A stretch of DNA of 64,000 bases from an uncultured Fibrobacter sp. (GCA_946407235.1 CAMJNF010000002.1:21674-85673); one strand, 5' to 3'; counted from the stretch's first letter, positions 48,828-59,110 are shown. Notes: a model not told the origin generated them from the sequence alone. Numbers and translations: made by a program.

Positions 48828-49220
48828 TTAATCCTTAACGCTGTTCCAGTCCAGGACACCCTTCTTGAGGAGGTAGATGTAACCAGCTTCAAGAATCAGG
48901 AGGAATCCGAGGAGGATGAACAAGAGCTCCCAGCCACCAGCGAGGAACTGGATGGTCCAAGGATAGATAAAGGCGACTTCGAGGTCAAACACCAAGAAAA
49001 GCATGGCCACCATGTAATATTTCACCGGATAACGTTCATTTGCCGTACCGGAAACATGAGCCAAACCGCATTCGTAAGCAGACCCCTTGATGATGGTGTG
49101 CTTAATTTTGCCCGGATGCAAGACCCAGTTGGCAATAAGAAGGATAGTAGGAATGCAGAGAGCCATGATTACAAGGATGGTCATGGCAAAGGTGGTGTCG
49201 AAAATTTCAACATTACTCAT
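48828..49220 (-). CDS. nuoA: NADH-quinone oxidoreductase subunit A
   Basis: YECG, YYMVAMLFLVFDLEVAFIYPW and KKGVLDW; followed by terminator at about 48760-48795. Confidence 0.93.
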   Translation of the reverse strand: MSNVEIFDTTFAMTILVIMALCIPTILLIANWVLHPGKIKHTIIKGSAYECGLAHVSGTANERYPVKYYMVAMLFLVFDLEVAFIYPWTIQFLAGGWELLFILLGFLLILEAGYIYLLKKGVLDWNSVKD

Positions 49221-49289
49221 AGTGATTCCAAAGATAGTAAAAAAGTTTTTGCTAGAACATTCCCTTTTTGTAAACTATATTTGTAAATC

Positions 49290-50198
49290 ATGAAGAAAAT
49301 TATCCTTTCTTTTATTCTTTTGGGGACCTCCTCCCTTTTTTGGGGTTGCTCTGACGATCCAAGTCCAGTAGCACCTGTAATTTCTGATATCGGCTCCTCC
49401 GCTTCCGTAGCACCAGGGTCGTCCTCCGCTTCCCATATCGTTATCGGCATGTCCTCTTCCGCCGTCATCATCGGCATTCGTGACACAACGATACAGCACA
49501 AGACGGTCATTACCCCTCTCACGACCACAATCAAGTACCCGGATATGGTCGATGAATCAATGTTCTGCTGGGCTCCCGGTTGCGAAGCAACTGTCGTTCC
49601 GCGTTCTTCTTCATCCAAGCCGGCTCCAAAATCTTCTTCTAGCAGTGGCGGGATAACGATCGACAATCCCGAAAACAAGGCGCCTGTCATCAATGGCCTT
49701 ACCATGACCGATACGCGCGACAACAAGACGTACAAGCTTATGCAAATTGGCGGCAAACTTTGGATGGCCCAAGACATTAATTACGCGGGCACCACAAGTG
49801 AATGCTACAATGAACAAGAATCCAAGTGCTCCTCGAACGGAAGACTCTACACGTTCAACTCCGCCCAGAAGGCTTGCCCCAAAGGCTGGCACCTCCCCAC
49901 TAGAAGCGAAGCCCAGGCAGCACTTGATGACGCATCTGTTCCATGGAGCTACAGTGGTCGTTGCAAAGATGGCGACTGCAACTTCTTAGGCGATATGGGT
50001 TTCCACTGGACATCTGGCACGCCAGAATCCAACGACAAGAAATTCAGTGAAAACGGTGGCGCCAATGGCGGCCTCATCATCGTGGAAAAATCCCCCGATT
50101 ACTTCACACCCAAAGAAGATGATCCGGACGACAAGGCAAAGTTCTTCCAAGTCGATTCTAAGACAAAGCGCTTCAGCGTGCGTTGCGTCCAGGACTAA
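49290..50198 (+). CDS. Fibrobacter major paralogous domain (FISUMP) lipoprotein
   Basis: FWG-C lipobox, MTDTRDNKTY, WMAQDINY, GRLY, ACPKGWHLP and SVRCVQD. Confidence 0.9.
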   Translation: MKKIILSFILLGTSSLFWGCSDDPSPVAPVISDIGSSASVAPGSSSASHIVIGMSSSAVIIGIRDTTIQHKTVITPLTTTIKYPDMVDESMFCWAPGCEATVVPRSSSSKPAPKSSSSSGGITIDNPENKAPVINGLTMTDTRDNKTYKLMQIGGKLWMAQDINYAGTTSECYNEQESKCSSNGRLYTFNSAQKACPKGWHLPTRSEAQAALDDASVPWSYSGRCKDGDCNFLGDMGFHWTSGTPESNDKKFSENGGANGGLIIVEKSPDYFTPKEDDPDDKAKFFQVDSKTKRFSVRCVQD

Positions 50199-50222
50199 AA
50201 AACAAGTTTTCCTCCTAAACAC

Positions 50223-50249
50223 AAAGACCTTGCGCAAGCAAGGTCTTTT
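50223..50249 (+). terminator. Intrinsic terminator
   Basis: AAAGACCTTGC-GCAA-GCAAGGTCTTTT. Confidence 0.8.
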
Positions 50250-50296
50250 CCGTTTTCCATAAAAGACGCCCTCTCAACTTTACTAAATTCCCTCTT

Positions 50297-51700
50297 ATGC
50301 TACGTTCAAAGTACCAGATGCTCGCGGATTCGCTTTCCGAGAACGTTTTCAAGACGAGGACCCAATCCAACCCCATCATGCTGGTGGTGCTAGCCTACCT
50401 ATTGCTCATTGCGATTGGCACTGCGCTCCTCAGTCTACCACAAGCAGCCGCCCGGCCAATAAGTCTCATCGAAGCATTCTTCACATCCATGTCCGCAGTC
50501 TGCGTTACAGGGCTTTCCGTCGTCGATATCTCTTCTGCATTTACAAATACTGGGCACTGGATCATAGTCGTATTGATGCAGCTCGGCGGGCTTGGAATCA
50601 TGACTGCTTCCACGACGCTTATTTTGCTTGCAGGCATGCACCCGGGATTCAGCCACCAATCCGTATTCCTCTCAGAATTCACACAAGAAGGGAGCATCGA
50701 TGCAGGGCGAATTCTCAGGGCCGTCATCCCATTTACGTTTTTTCTAGAACTGATCGGCGGCATCTCGTATTTCACGCAATTCGATTCGATGGAACTCTAC
50801 GACCGCCTTTTATGTTCCACGTTCCAAGCCGTAAGTTCATTCTGCGGCGTTGGCTTCACGTTGTTCCCCGACTCGCTCGTAAGCTTCCAGTACAATCCCA
50901 TCATCAACATCACGACTTGCATTCTCGTACTTGCAGGCGGCTTCGGATTCTTGGCCATCGCAGAACTCCGCTATCTCGTCGACTTCAAGCACAAAGAAGT
51001 CCGCCGCCTTTCGCTGCACACACGCATAGCCACTTACGGAACCATCGTCGTCATCGGCGTAAGCACCATCGTCTTCACTTTCACCGAATGGAACAATCTC
51101 TTTAGCGGGCATTCCTTCGGCGAAAACCTCCAGTCCGTCCTCTTCATGACATTCACGAGCCGCACGGCAGGCCTCAATTCCGTCAACATTCCAGACCTCA
51201 CGCAGGCTTCCCTCTTTTTCTTTATCATCATCATGTTCATCGGCGCAAACCCCGGCAGCTGCGGTGGCGGCATCAAGATTACAACCGCCGCGGTCATCGG
51301 TCTCCTTGGCATCAACAGGCTCCTCGGCAGGGAAAAGACCCAGGTATTCGGACGTACCATCCCGAGCAACACCATCGACAAGGCCATTCGAATCTTCGTT
51401 GTCGCCATGGTCGTGATTGCAGGAGCAACCCTGTTCCTGCTCTGCACCGAAATTCCCTCCGGCACAGCCTACCCCGCGAACAGCTCACCGTTCCTCAAAA
51501 TCCTATTCGAAGTCGTGAGCGCGTATGCCACGTGCGGGCTCTCGATGGGACTCACGGAAGAACTTTCCACCGTCGGAAAAATCGTCATCTGCGCCGTCAT
51601 GTTCATTGGCCGTATGGGTCCGCTGTTCCTGATTTCTGCAGTAGCAGGCAAACTCCACGACACCGCCTGGTACGCCGAAGAAGATATAATGGTCGGGTAG
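50297..51700 (+). CDS. Ktr/Trk potassium uptake membrane subunit (KtrB/TrkH)
   Basis: SAVCVTGL, QLGGLG, SRTAG, MFIGANPGSCGGGIK and FEVVSAYATCGLS. Confidence 0.93.
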   Translation: MLRSKYQMLADSLSENVFKTRTQSNPIMLVVLAYLLLIAIGTALLSLPQAAARPISLIEAFFTSMSAVCVTGLSVVDISSAFTNTGHWIIVVLMQLGGLGIMTASTTLILLAGMHPGFSHQSVFLSEFTQEGSIDAGRILRAVIPFTFFLELIGGISYFTQFDSMELYDRLLCSTFQAVSSFCGVGFTLFPDSLVSFQYNPIINITTCILVLAGGFGFLAIAELRYLVDFKHKEVRRLSLHTRIATYGTIVVIGVSTIVFTFTEWNNLFSGHSFGENLQSVLFMTFTSRTAGLNSVNIPDLTQASLFFFIIIMFIGANPGSCGGGIKITTAAVIGLLGINRLLGREKTQVFGRTIPSNTIDKAIRIFVVAMVVIAGATLFLLCTEIPSGTAYPANSSPFLKILFEVVSAYATCGLSMGLTEELSTVGKIVICAVMFIGRMGPLFLISAVAGKLHDTAWYAEEDIMVG

Positions 51701-51834
51701 CGCGCCCTATCGGGCGCAGTTGGCAGAACTTAGTCGGTAGAACTTAGATAAAACACATCAAAATCCATTTTTTTTCACTCTATTTTCCAAATACTAAGTT
51801 CTAAGTTCTAAGTTCTAAGTTCTATATTTAAACC

Positions 51835-52494
51835 ATGGCTTCTAGACAATTCGTTATCATCGGTCTTGGAAATTCGGCAAACTACCTTGCCCGTCACTTG
51901 ACGTCGCTGGGTCATGACATCATGGTCATCGACTCGCATCCCGAAAAGATCCAGGACATCGCAAGCATGGTCTCGCAAGCAGTCGTTGCCGACAGCACCC
52001 GCAAAAAGCAGCTTGCATCCATCCCGTCTTTGACCAAAGCCGATAGCGTTATCGTCTGCATTGGCCAGGATCTTGAAGCCTCGCTCCTCACCATCCTGAA
52101 CCTCAAGGAACTGGGAGTCAAGCATATCATCGCGAAGTCGAGCAGTGCCGCACACACGAGCATCCTCGAAAAACTCGGCGTCACGGACATTTTCCACCCG
52201 GAACGCGATGCCGCCATAAGCCTCGCCGAACGCCTCAACCGCCCGAACATGGTCGATTTCCTCCCGTTCATGGAGGGCTACTCCATCGTGGAACTCGTCT
52301 GCCCCAAGCACTTTATCGGAAAAACTTTGAAAACCTTGTCGCTTACGCACAAGTACGGAGTGCAAGTTATTGCCATCCGTGACCCGCAGGAGCCCACCCC
52401 CAAGATTGGTAACATCGCCGATGTCATCTTGCAAGAAGACGATGTGCTGTTCCTCATCGGCCCGAACGAAGCGCTCGATAAGCTGAAAGATTAG
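51835..52494 (+). CDS. Ktr/Trk NAD-binding regulatory subunit (KtrA/TrkA)
   Basis: VIIGLG Rossmann motif, LKELGV, HPERD and RCK C-domain. Confidence 0.92.
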   Translation: MASRQFVIIGLGNSANYLARHLTSLGHDIMVIDSHPEKIQDIASMVSQAVVADSTRKKQLASIPSLTKADSVIVCIGQDLEASLLTILNLKELGVKHIIAKSSSAAHTSILEKLGVTDIFHPERDAAISLAERLNRPNMVDFLPFMEGYSIVELVCPKHFIGKTLKTLSLTHKYGVQVIAIRDPQEPTPKIGNIADVILQEDDVLFLIGPNEALDKLKD

Positions 52495-52904
52495 TCCGCG
52501 ACTTTACCCGAACACTTGTCGCAAAGCCCGAACATATAGAGCGAAGTCCCCATCAAGGTAAAACCCGCAGGAATCATTTGCGAACAATCCGGCGGCGGGA
52601 GCATCACGTCAAAAACGCGACCGCAACCTTTGCACTTGAAATGGCTATGCGGCGTGCAATCCGCATCATAACGCAAAAAACCATCGCCAAAATCGAGCGA
52701 TATTGCAAGGTTGTTCGCAAGTAAAATCTCTAACGTATTGTAAATCGTCGTCCGTGAAAGGGACGGATATTCCGGCAAAAGCGCCGAGTAAATTTCATCG
52801 ACTGTCGGGTGCGTCTTGACGCCCCGTAGGTAATGATAAACACAGACCCTCTGCAACGAAGGCCTAATGCCATGATCCTTGAGTATGCTTGCCGTTTCTT
52901 GCAT
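52491..52904 (-). CDS. Fur-family regulator, PerR-like
   Basis: HPTVDEIY, SRTTIYNTL, HSHFKCKGC and GLCDKC; adjacent to rubrerythrin. Confidence 0.9.
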   Translation of the reverse strand: MQETASILKDHGIRPSLQRVCVYHYLRGVKTHPTVDEIYSALLPEYPSLSRTTIYNTLEILLANNLAISLDFGDGFLRYDADCTPHSHFKCKGCGRVFDVMLPPPDCSQMIPAGFTLMGTSLYMFGLCDKCSGKVAD

Positions 52905-52984
52905 AATCACACCCTCTTGAAAACTCCCTTTAAACACCCTTAAAAAAGCGGCTCTCTTTCGAGAACCGCCCTTACACCTCAAAA

Positions 52985-53542
52985 TTACTTGAAGTAGCGT
53001 CCGAGCAAGCCCTGGAATGCAGAACCATGGCGTGCTTCGTCCTTGCACATTTCATGAACAGTGTCATGGATAGCATCGTAGCCGAGTTCCTTCGCGCGCT
53101 TGGCGAGAGCAAGCTTGCCTTCGGTAGCGCCAGCTTCGGCAGCCACGCGGAGTTCCAAGTTCTTCTTGGTATCGGCATAGACAACTTCGCCCAAGAGTTC
53201 TGCGAACTTGGCAGCGTGTTCCGCTTCTTCGAAAGCGATACGCTTGTAGGCTTCCGCCACTTCCGGGAATCCTTCGCGGTCCGCCTGGCGGCTCATCGCA
53301 AGGTACATGCCCACTTCGGTACATTCACCCGCAAAATTCTCGCGGAGCCCCTGCACCACTTCGGCATCGAGACCTTGGGCAACGCCAACCTTGTGTTCGT
53401 CGGCCCAGACAATCTTACCTGCTGCCGGCTGTTCAACCTTTTCGAAGAACTTGCTCTTCGGAGCGTGGCACTGCGGGCATTCATCCGGAGCTTCCGGACC
53501 CATGTGAACATAACCGCAAACTTTGCAAACCCAGACCTTCAT
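52985..53542 (-). CDS. Reverse rubrerythrin (N-terminal rubredoxin, C-terminal di-iron domain; NADH peroxidase)
   Basis: [27 protein letters not shown] and DEARH. Confidence 0.93.
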   Translation of the reverse strand: MKVWVCKVCGYVHMGPEAPDECPQCHAPKSKFFEKVEQPAAGKIVWADEHKVGVAQGLDAEVVQGLRENFAGECTEVGMYLAMSRQADREGFPEVAEAYKRIAFEEAEHAAKFAELLGEVVYADTKKNLELRVAAEAGATEGKLALAKRAKELGYDAIHDTVHEMCKDEARHGSAFQGLLGRYFK

Positions 53543-53596
53543 TTTTTCTCCTTTTCCGCATCGCGGAGTTTGATGTAGAAATTCGTTCTAAACTTG

Positions 53597-53633
53597 TTGT
53601 ATAATTTACAATTAATTTTGTAATTATTACAAA
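53597..53633. promoter_or_regulatory. Per/Fur box upstream of rubrerythrin
   Basis: Perfect TTTGTAAT-T-ATTACAAA (53617-53633) plus weaker TTGTA-TAATT-TACAA (53597-53611); resembles TTATAATnATTATAA. Confidence 0.75.
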
Positions 53634-53766
53634 TATAAAATTATTTCAAATTTCGTCAAGTCAAAAATACCACTTTTATAAATATTCAAAAAATTTTCGG
53701 GGAAAGCTCGACCAAATAAAAAAAACAGCCCCTTGAAGGCTGCTTTAAATCGAATTTTTTTACGGA

Positions 53767-54360
53767 TTAGAATGCTGAAGAAGCTTCGACCGACTTTTCA
53801 CGGACGCGCTTGACGTTTTCGGTTTCCGTAGCAAGCTGACGGTGCGTTACAGAGCCCACCGCATAATAGCGATTGCCTTTCTGGATTACGGCGGTATAGG
53901 CATCGAGAGCCTTGACCGAGAACCATTCCTGATACAGGTTATGCACGGTTTCCTTAAGGCTAGACAGTTCACTAATCGCAGGGGCGCCCGACGGTTTACC
54001 ATACTTGAGCGTAAACTGATCGGACATGTAAGCGACAGCTTCAAAAGTCTTGCTCAAACGCGCACGTTCGACACGGCCTGTACGGATTTCAAATGCATAG
54101 AACTTATCGTTCTTATTGAAAATGAAATCAACCTGAACCGGCAGTTCGCCGAACATATATACAGGGATAACGACGCGTTCGCCGATACCAGTCTGACCGT
54201 AAGGTTCATAACCTTTTTTCATCATTTCTTCAATGACGGTCTCGCGGGTAGAGCCGAAAGGAATGCCAGCAAAATTATTCTGAGACTGCGCCTGCGCACC
54301 AAGCGACAGCACAAGAATCAAAAAAGTGATGACAATTCCAATTTTGGACACGATAAACAC
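53767..54360 (-). CDS. Exported hypothetical protein
   Basis: Signal peptide ending AQA, FAGIPFG motif and own terminator at about 53718-53745. Confidence 0.7.
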   Translation of the reverse strand: MFIVSKIGIVITFLILVLSLGAQAQSQNNFAGIPFGSTRETVIEEMMKKGYEPYGQTGIGERVVIPVYMFGELPVQVDFIFNKNDKFYAFEIRTGRVERARLSKTFEAVAYMSDQFTLKYGKPSGAPAISELSSLKETVHNLYQEWFSVKALDAYTAVIQKGNRYYAVGSVTHRQLATETENVKRVREKSVEASSAF

Positions 54361-54455
54361 CTCAATATATTGTAAAAGATAGTAAACTTTTTGCTAGTGG
54401 GCAAAATTTTTTCACAAAAAAAAGTTTTTTTAAGCTAGAATCTATATTTGGACAC

Positions 54456-55538
54456 ATGTCTAGCACGTTTGGAAAGATATTTTCTGTCACTACATGGGGC
54501 GAATCCCATGGTCCTGCCGTCGGAGCTGTCCTCGATGGATGCCCTGCCGGTCTCCCAATCAACGAAGAAATGATTCAGGCCGAGCTGAACCGCAGGCGCC
54601 CTGGCCAGGGAAAACTCACGACCCCTCGTAACGAAAAAGATACGGTAAAGATCCTTTCCGGCGTTTTCGAAGGGAAAACAACGGGCACCCCCATCTCGTT
54701 TGTCGTATTCAACGAAGACCAGCACAGCAAAGATTATGCAGACATCGCCAAATGGTACAGACCAGGGCACGCCGACCTCTGCTATGACCTCAAGTATGGT
54801 TTCCGCGATTACCGCGGCGGCGGCAGAAGTTCTGCCCGCGAGACCATCGGTCGCGTTGCCGCAGGCGCCGTCGCAAAAGCATTCCTGAAAGCAGTCGCCG
54901 GCACGGAATTCCTCTCGTGGGTTGCCTCTGTTGGCAAAGTCGATGGAGCAAAACCCGACTTCAACACTCTTACGCTTGAACAAATTGAAGCATCCCCAGT
55001 CCGTTGCCCAGACGAAACTGCAAGTCAAAAGATGGAAGAAGCCATCCTGGAGGCGAAGTCCAAAGGCGATAGCATCGGTGGGACCGTAGCGCTTCTCGTG
55101 AAAAACGTTCCGGCAGCCCTCGGCGAACCGGTATTCGACAGGCTTGACGCCCTCCTTGCTCAGGCAATGCTTTCCATACCGGCATGCAAGGGATTTGAAA
55201 TCGGCAGTGGCTTTGAAGCTGCACGCATGCACGGCAGTGAACACAATGACGAAATTTTCGTTGAAGGCCAGACCTTCCACACGCGTACGAACAACGCTGG
55301 CGGTAGCCTTGGCGGCATTTCGAACGGAGAACCGATTTACTGCCGCATGGCATTCAAGCCAACCGCGACAATTTCACAGTTGCAGAAGACCGCCGGTCGC
55401 GGGTTCGAAAACGGCGAACTCGCCGCCAAGGGAAGACACGACCCTTGTGTTGCAGTCCGCGCTCCCGTGATTGTAGAAAGCATGGCAGCACTCGTCCTTG
55501 CAGACCTGTACTTGCAGCAAAAGCGCAACTGCCTTTAA
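54456..55538 (+). CDS. aroC: Chorismate synthase
   Basis: GESHG, RPGHAD, GGGRSSARET, KPTATI and GRHDPC. Confidence 0.97.
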   Translation: MSSTFGKIFSVTTWGESHGPAVGAVLDGCPAGLPINEEMIQAELNRRRPGQGKLTTPRNEKDTVKILSGVFEGKTTGTPISFVVFNEDQHSKDYADIAKWYRPGHADLCYDLKYGFRDYRGGGRSSARETIGRVAAGAVAKAFLKAVAGTEFLSWVASVGKVDGAKPDFNTLTLEQIEASPVRCPDETASQKMEEAILEAKSKGDSIGGTVALLVKNVPAALGEPVFDRLDALLAQAMLSIPACKGFEIGSGFEAARMHGSEHNDEIFVEGQTFHTRTNNAGGSLGGISNGEPIYCRMAFKPTATISQLQKTAGRGFENGELAAKGRHDPCVAVRAPVIVESMAALVLADLYLQQKRNCL

Positions 55539-55606
55539 TTAAGTTCTAGCTTATGAAAAGGCGATGCCGGAATAAATCCGGCATGACAAGCATCAGAGCA
55601 TTGCCA

Positions 55607-56509
55607 ATGACATTCATAACGAAGCCGTTTCGCCTTGCTGCAGCCGCATTCTACAGAATTGCGTACAAGCTGCACCATAAGTTGTTCTTGCGACCGCAAC
55701 AGCAACTCTACACTCCAGTCATCATTGTCGGCAGCTATTTGGCAGGTGGAGCCGGCAAGACGCCCTTTACGATTTGGCTTGCAAAACATTTTCTAGAACA
55801 AGGTAAAAAAGTTATCATCCTATGCCACAGTGCCGCATGGGATGAATCCATCATGCTGCAACAAGAGCAAATAAAAGTCATCGCCACCAAGAACCGCTAC
55901 GCCACCGCAAAAAAAATTCAGGACAAATTCGATATCATCATTTGTGATGATGGTTTCGAAGATACGCGCTTCACAAATGCCACTTGCATTTGCCTCGACT
56001 GGCAAGAACCGCCGACATCATGGAAAAGCCTCTTGCCCGCAGGCCCATTCCGCAGCCTCAAGCAAGACCATAACGATACAAAAATCATCCACCTCAACTG
56101 CGGTACCGCAAGCAACAATCGCATCCAATCCGCAGATATTTCTTTTGCCATCGAATCCATAACGAATTGCAATTCCGAAAAGCAATCCCCTGCACCATTC
56201 ACAGCAACGGTCATTTGCGGGCTCGGTTCCCCACAACGTTTCATTGACGACATCCGCACCTTCGGAACACCGCGCGGAATAACCATCAAGAATACAATAA
56301 TCCGCCCGGACCACGACAAAAAATTCCCGCAAGTCATCCAAAGTGAGCTTTATCACAACAAAGACATCATCATTTCGCAAAAAGATGCTTGCAGGTTGCC
56401 ACAAGCGCTTCTCACCCACCCCAAATTACACATTGCCATCCAAAAAACTGTAGTTTCAAACACAACTTTGGACATTCTCAATAGCATTGTGAACGCGCAA
56501 ACAGCATAA
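55607..56509 (+). CDS. lpxK: Tetraacyldisaccharide 4'-kinase
   Basis: PVIIVGSYLAGGAGKTP, DDGF, LLPAGPFR, PDH and SQKD. Confidence 0.85.
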   Translation: MTFITKPFRLAAAAFYRIAYKLHHKLFLRPQQQLYTPVIIVGSYLAGGAGKTPFTIWLAKHFLEQGKKVIILCHSAAWDESIMLQQEQIKVIATKNRYATAKKIQDKFDIIICDDGFEDTRFTNATCICLDWQEPPTSWKSLLPAGPFRSLKQDHNDTKIIHLNCGTASNNRIQSADISFAIESITNCNSEKQSPAPFTATVICGLGSPQRFIDDIRTFGTPRGITIKNTIIRPDHDKKFPQVIQSELYHNKDIIISQKDACRLPQALLTHPKLHIAIQKTVVSNTTLDILNSIVNAQTA

Positions 56510-56587
56510 TCTCTACTAAAAGCAAATTTTATTTAACACTTCTACTTTTTTATTGTATTTTTGAGATACAAACTAGGGAGAGAAAAT

Positions 56588-58120
56588 ATGAATTTGCGTC
56601 AACGATTCACCGAACTTCTTGCCGTCATTACAAAAGACATCCCAGAAAGAGAATACTATGTGCAGTTGGGCTTCCTCACTGCACTCATTCGTGAACCGTT
56701 CTATCTCTATGGACGCCCCGGCTGCGGAAGTTCTCTTTTCATCCGCAGAATTACGAGCGCATTCAAGGACGCGAAGGTTTTAAAGCTCGGAAAAAACAAA
56801 AAACAGCTCCCGGAAAATTACAACGACTACAACCTGATTATTTTTGAAAACTTCTCGCCGGGAGACGAACAAAACAAGAACAGCCTTCAATTCGTCATTC
56901 ATGATCACGAGCATAATTCCATTATCATCTCCGGCAACCAAAAGCCGGAATCCGCGTTGAGCCGTTCTGAAGTGAGCGACCAGGTCACGCTCACCATCAT
57001 GCTCCCCGACAACATTTCATCCGACGCACTTTGCAAGCTCCTCCAGAATTACAGCACTGGCAGTAACGTTACCGTTCCTCCCGAGATCGCCATCAGCACC
57101 GAAGAACAGGACCAATGGATTCAGGCCATCAGCAAGGTCACGCTCTCGGCAAACACGCTCGCCGTTATTGGCAAGGTCGCAGAAACATGTGAAAAGAACG
57201 GTGTTTACGTTTCTATCCGCAAATGGCTTGCGCTCTCGAACATGATCAAGGCAATCGCATTCCTCAACGGTCGCACAGAAACTAAGCTCATCGACACGTT
57301 CTTCCTCGGCACATCCATCTGGGGGCGTAGCGCATCCAACACGGCCATTTCGCAGAGCTATCGAGAAATTCTCAAAACGCAGTTGTACAAGAACACGCCA
57401 AGCCTTCTCGAAATTCCATACGATGCAAACGACTTGCTCATGCGCGTAAACCACCTCGTCCACAGTTCGAACAACCTCTACGAGACAAAACCGTTCAACG
57501 GTGAAAAATGCCTCGCCTACCGCATCACAATCGCTGGCGAATCCGTGCCGCTTTATGCACCGCTCAAGTACATCGAAACAGACGCAGACTTCAACCCGTA
57601 TAACGAGCTCCGTCAAATCGAAAAACGCGTCAGGTGCAACTACCACGGAACATCCAACTGCACGATTTCCATCGACCCGCAAGTTCGTACAAGCGGACTC
57701 CGCAGTTCTGTCAACCAATCGAATTTGACTACAATCAAGTTCGAAGAATTCGGTACGCTCCCAACTTACATCTTGAGGGAAAACGCACCGGAAATCATCG
57801 AAGAAAAGAAGGTCCTCCGCGATACGCTGAACGCAGAAGTCAAGGAAGCCATGGAACGCGAAACAGCAAACCTGGTCGCTCTCCGCAACACATACAAGCT
57901 ATTCAACGAATCCAAGGACGACCTGTTCTGCTTTGCACAGATGTTCTACGCCGTACAAGAAGATATCAAGGTCCAATTCGACAACACGGCAAACATCGTC
58001 AAGACCATCAAGAATGCAAGCGATACGCTTTCTTCATTCTCAAATAACATGCTTAAAACGCCCAACTTAGTCGGAAAGCCTCAAGCACCCGAGAAAAAGC
58101 ACATAAACCCCGACAACTAA
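56588..58120 (+). CDS. RavA-like (MoxR AAA+) protein with degenerate ATPase motifs
   Basis: N-terminus follows the RavA pattern (ERE..VQL..LTAL..EPFYLYGRPG..SL..RR...AF) and has VSIRKW in place of VSDRRW; Walker A Lys absent. Confidence 0.7.
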   Translation: MNLRQRFTELLAVITKDIPEREYYVQLGFLTALIREPFYLYGRPGCGSSLFIRRITSAFKDAKVLKLGKNKKQLPENYNDYNLIIFENFSPGDEQNKNSLQFVIHDHEHNSIIISGNQKPESALSRSEVSDQVTLTIMLPDNISSDALCKLLQNYSTGSNVTVPPEIAISTEEQDQWIQAISKVTLSANTLAVIGKVAETCEKNGVYVSIRKWLALSNMIKAIAFLNGRTETKLIDTFFLGTSIWGRSASNTAISQSYREILKTQLYKNTPSLLEIPYDANDLLMRVNHLVHSSNNLYETKPFNGEKCLAYRITIAGESVPLYAPLKYIETDADFNPYNELRQIEKRVRCNYHGTSNCTISIDPQVRTSGLRSSVNQSNLTTIKFEEFGTLPTYILRENAPEIIEEKKVLRDTLNAEVKEAMERETANLVALRNTYKLFNESKDDLFCFAQMFYAVQEDIKVQFDNTANIVKTIKNASDTLSSFSNNMLKTPNLVGKPQAPEKKHINPDN

Positions 58121-58154
58121 TTTTTCAAAAGACAATAAAAATTATATTAGCCAT

Positions 58155-59105
58155 GTGAACTTGCTTTTCCTTTGGATTGCGCTAGCCATCATTTGGCTGA
58201 TATGTATCTGCATGACCCAAAAAGGTCGTGCAGTTATTCGTATTCTCTGGAAAAGTCTCAAGGTCAAGCTTGTCGTTATCGCATGGATCCTGGGAATTGC
58301 AGCCATCACGATGGCTTACGCCACGCATCCCGAAGAAGCTCCACGCCCCACTATCGATGAACATCGCGAATACCAAAAGTACACGACGTCCGCAATTCAA
58401 AAGCTTTGCGACCAAGGCGAACTCATCATCGACATGAACTGCGATCTCGACAGCGCAGCTCCTGAACTCGCTTACATCCTCCCCACAATTCTCAGCAACT
58501 ATAACATCATCGTCACACGCCCCACAACGCCCATTCTTGAATCCATCAAGGACACGCTCCAAATCAAGATGATTGGCTACAAGAAATTCAAGAACCGCGG
58601 CATCCGTCTCATCAAGGCGCTACAGAGTGATCTCGGGCTACGCTATGAATCGGTCATCGAATCTGACGGAACAGACCATACGCTAAAAATCATCTATACC
58701 GGCAAGCCATGGGACAACGAGCACCTTTGCAATCTCCCTGTACTCGAAGCATGCCTCCGTGAGCGCACCGACCCTGCCATCCTCATGTCCATTATCCACC
58801 ATATTTCCGGTTTCCAGATGAACTACCAAGGCAAAAACAACACATCCGGGTTACTGGCCTTGGACACAGGCAAAGGATTAGAGCAAGTCGACATTGGTGC
58901 CGCACGACTGAAAAGAGCACTCATATTATCGCCCACGCTCGCTGACGCCGTCGCTCAATTCTACCCCGATGCAGAACACCGCAACAGATTTGAAAACTGG
59001 CGCAAGGACCCGCAAAAACATTACTGGGTAGGGCAAGTGCTCACAGACATTCAATACTACCGTTCAAACGGAATGACGCTTGCCAAACGTCAAAGAGCGG
59101 AATAA
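58155..59105 (+). CDS. Membrane-anchored protein with a degenerate lytic-transglycosylase (SLT)-like C-terminal domain
   Basis: Two N-terminal TM helices; DPAILMSIIHHISGF...TSGLLAL, IGAARLK and WVGQVL. Confidence 0.55.
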   Translation: MNLLFLWIALAIIWLICICMTQKGRAVIRILWKSLKVKLVVIAWILGIAAITMAYATHPEEAPRPTIDEHREYQKYTTSAIQKLCDQGELIIDMNCDLDSAAPELAYILPTILSNYNIIVTRPTTPILESIKDTLQIKMIGYKKFKNRGIRLIKALQSDLGLRYESVIESDGTDHTLKIIYTGKPWDNEHLCNLPVLEACLRERTDPAILMSIIHHISGFQMNYQGKNNTSGLLALDTGKGLEQVDIGAARLKRALILSPTLADAVAQFYPDAEHRNRFENWRKDPQKHYWVGQVLTDIQYYRSNGMTLAKRQRAE

Positions 59106-59110
59106 GCATT

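Noticed and set aside
52905-53048. Longer Fur ORF overlapping rubrerythrin
   Set aside because: The GAGGG SD and Fur domain boundary support ATG 52904
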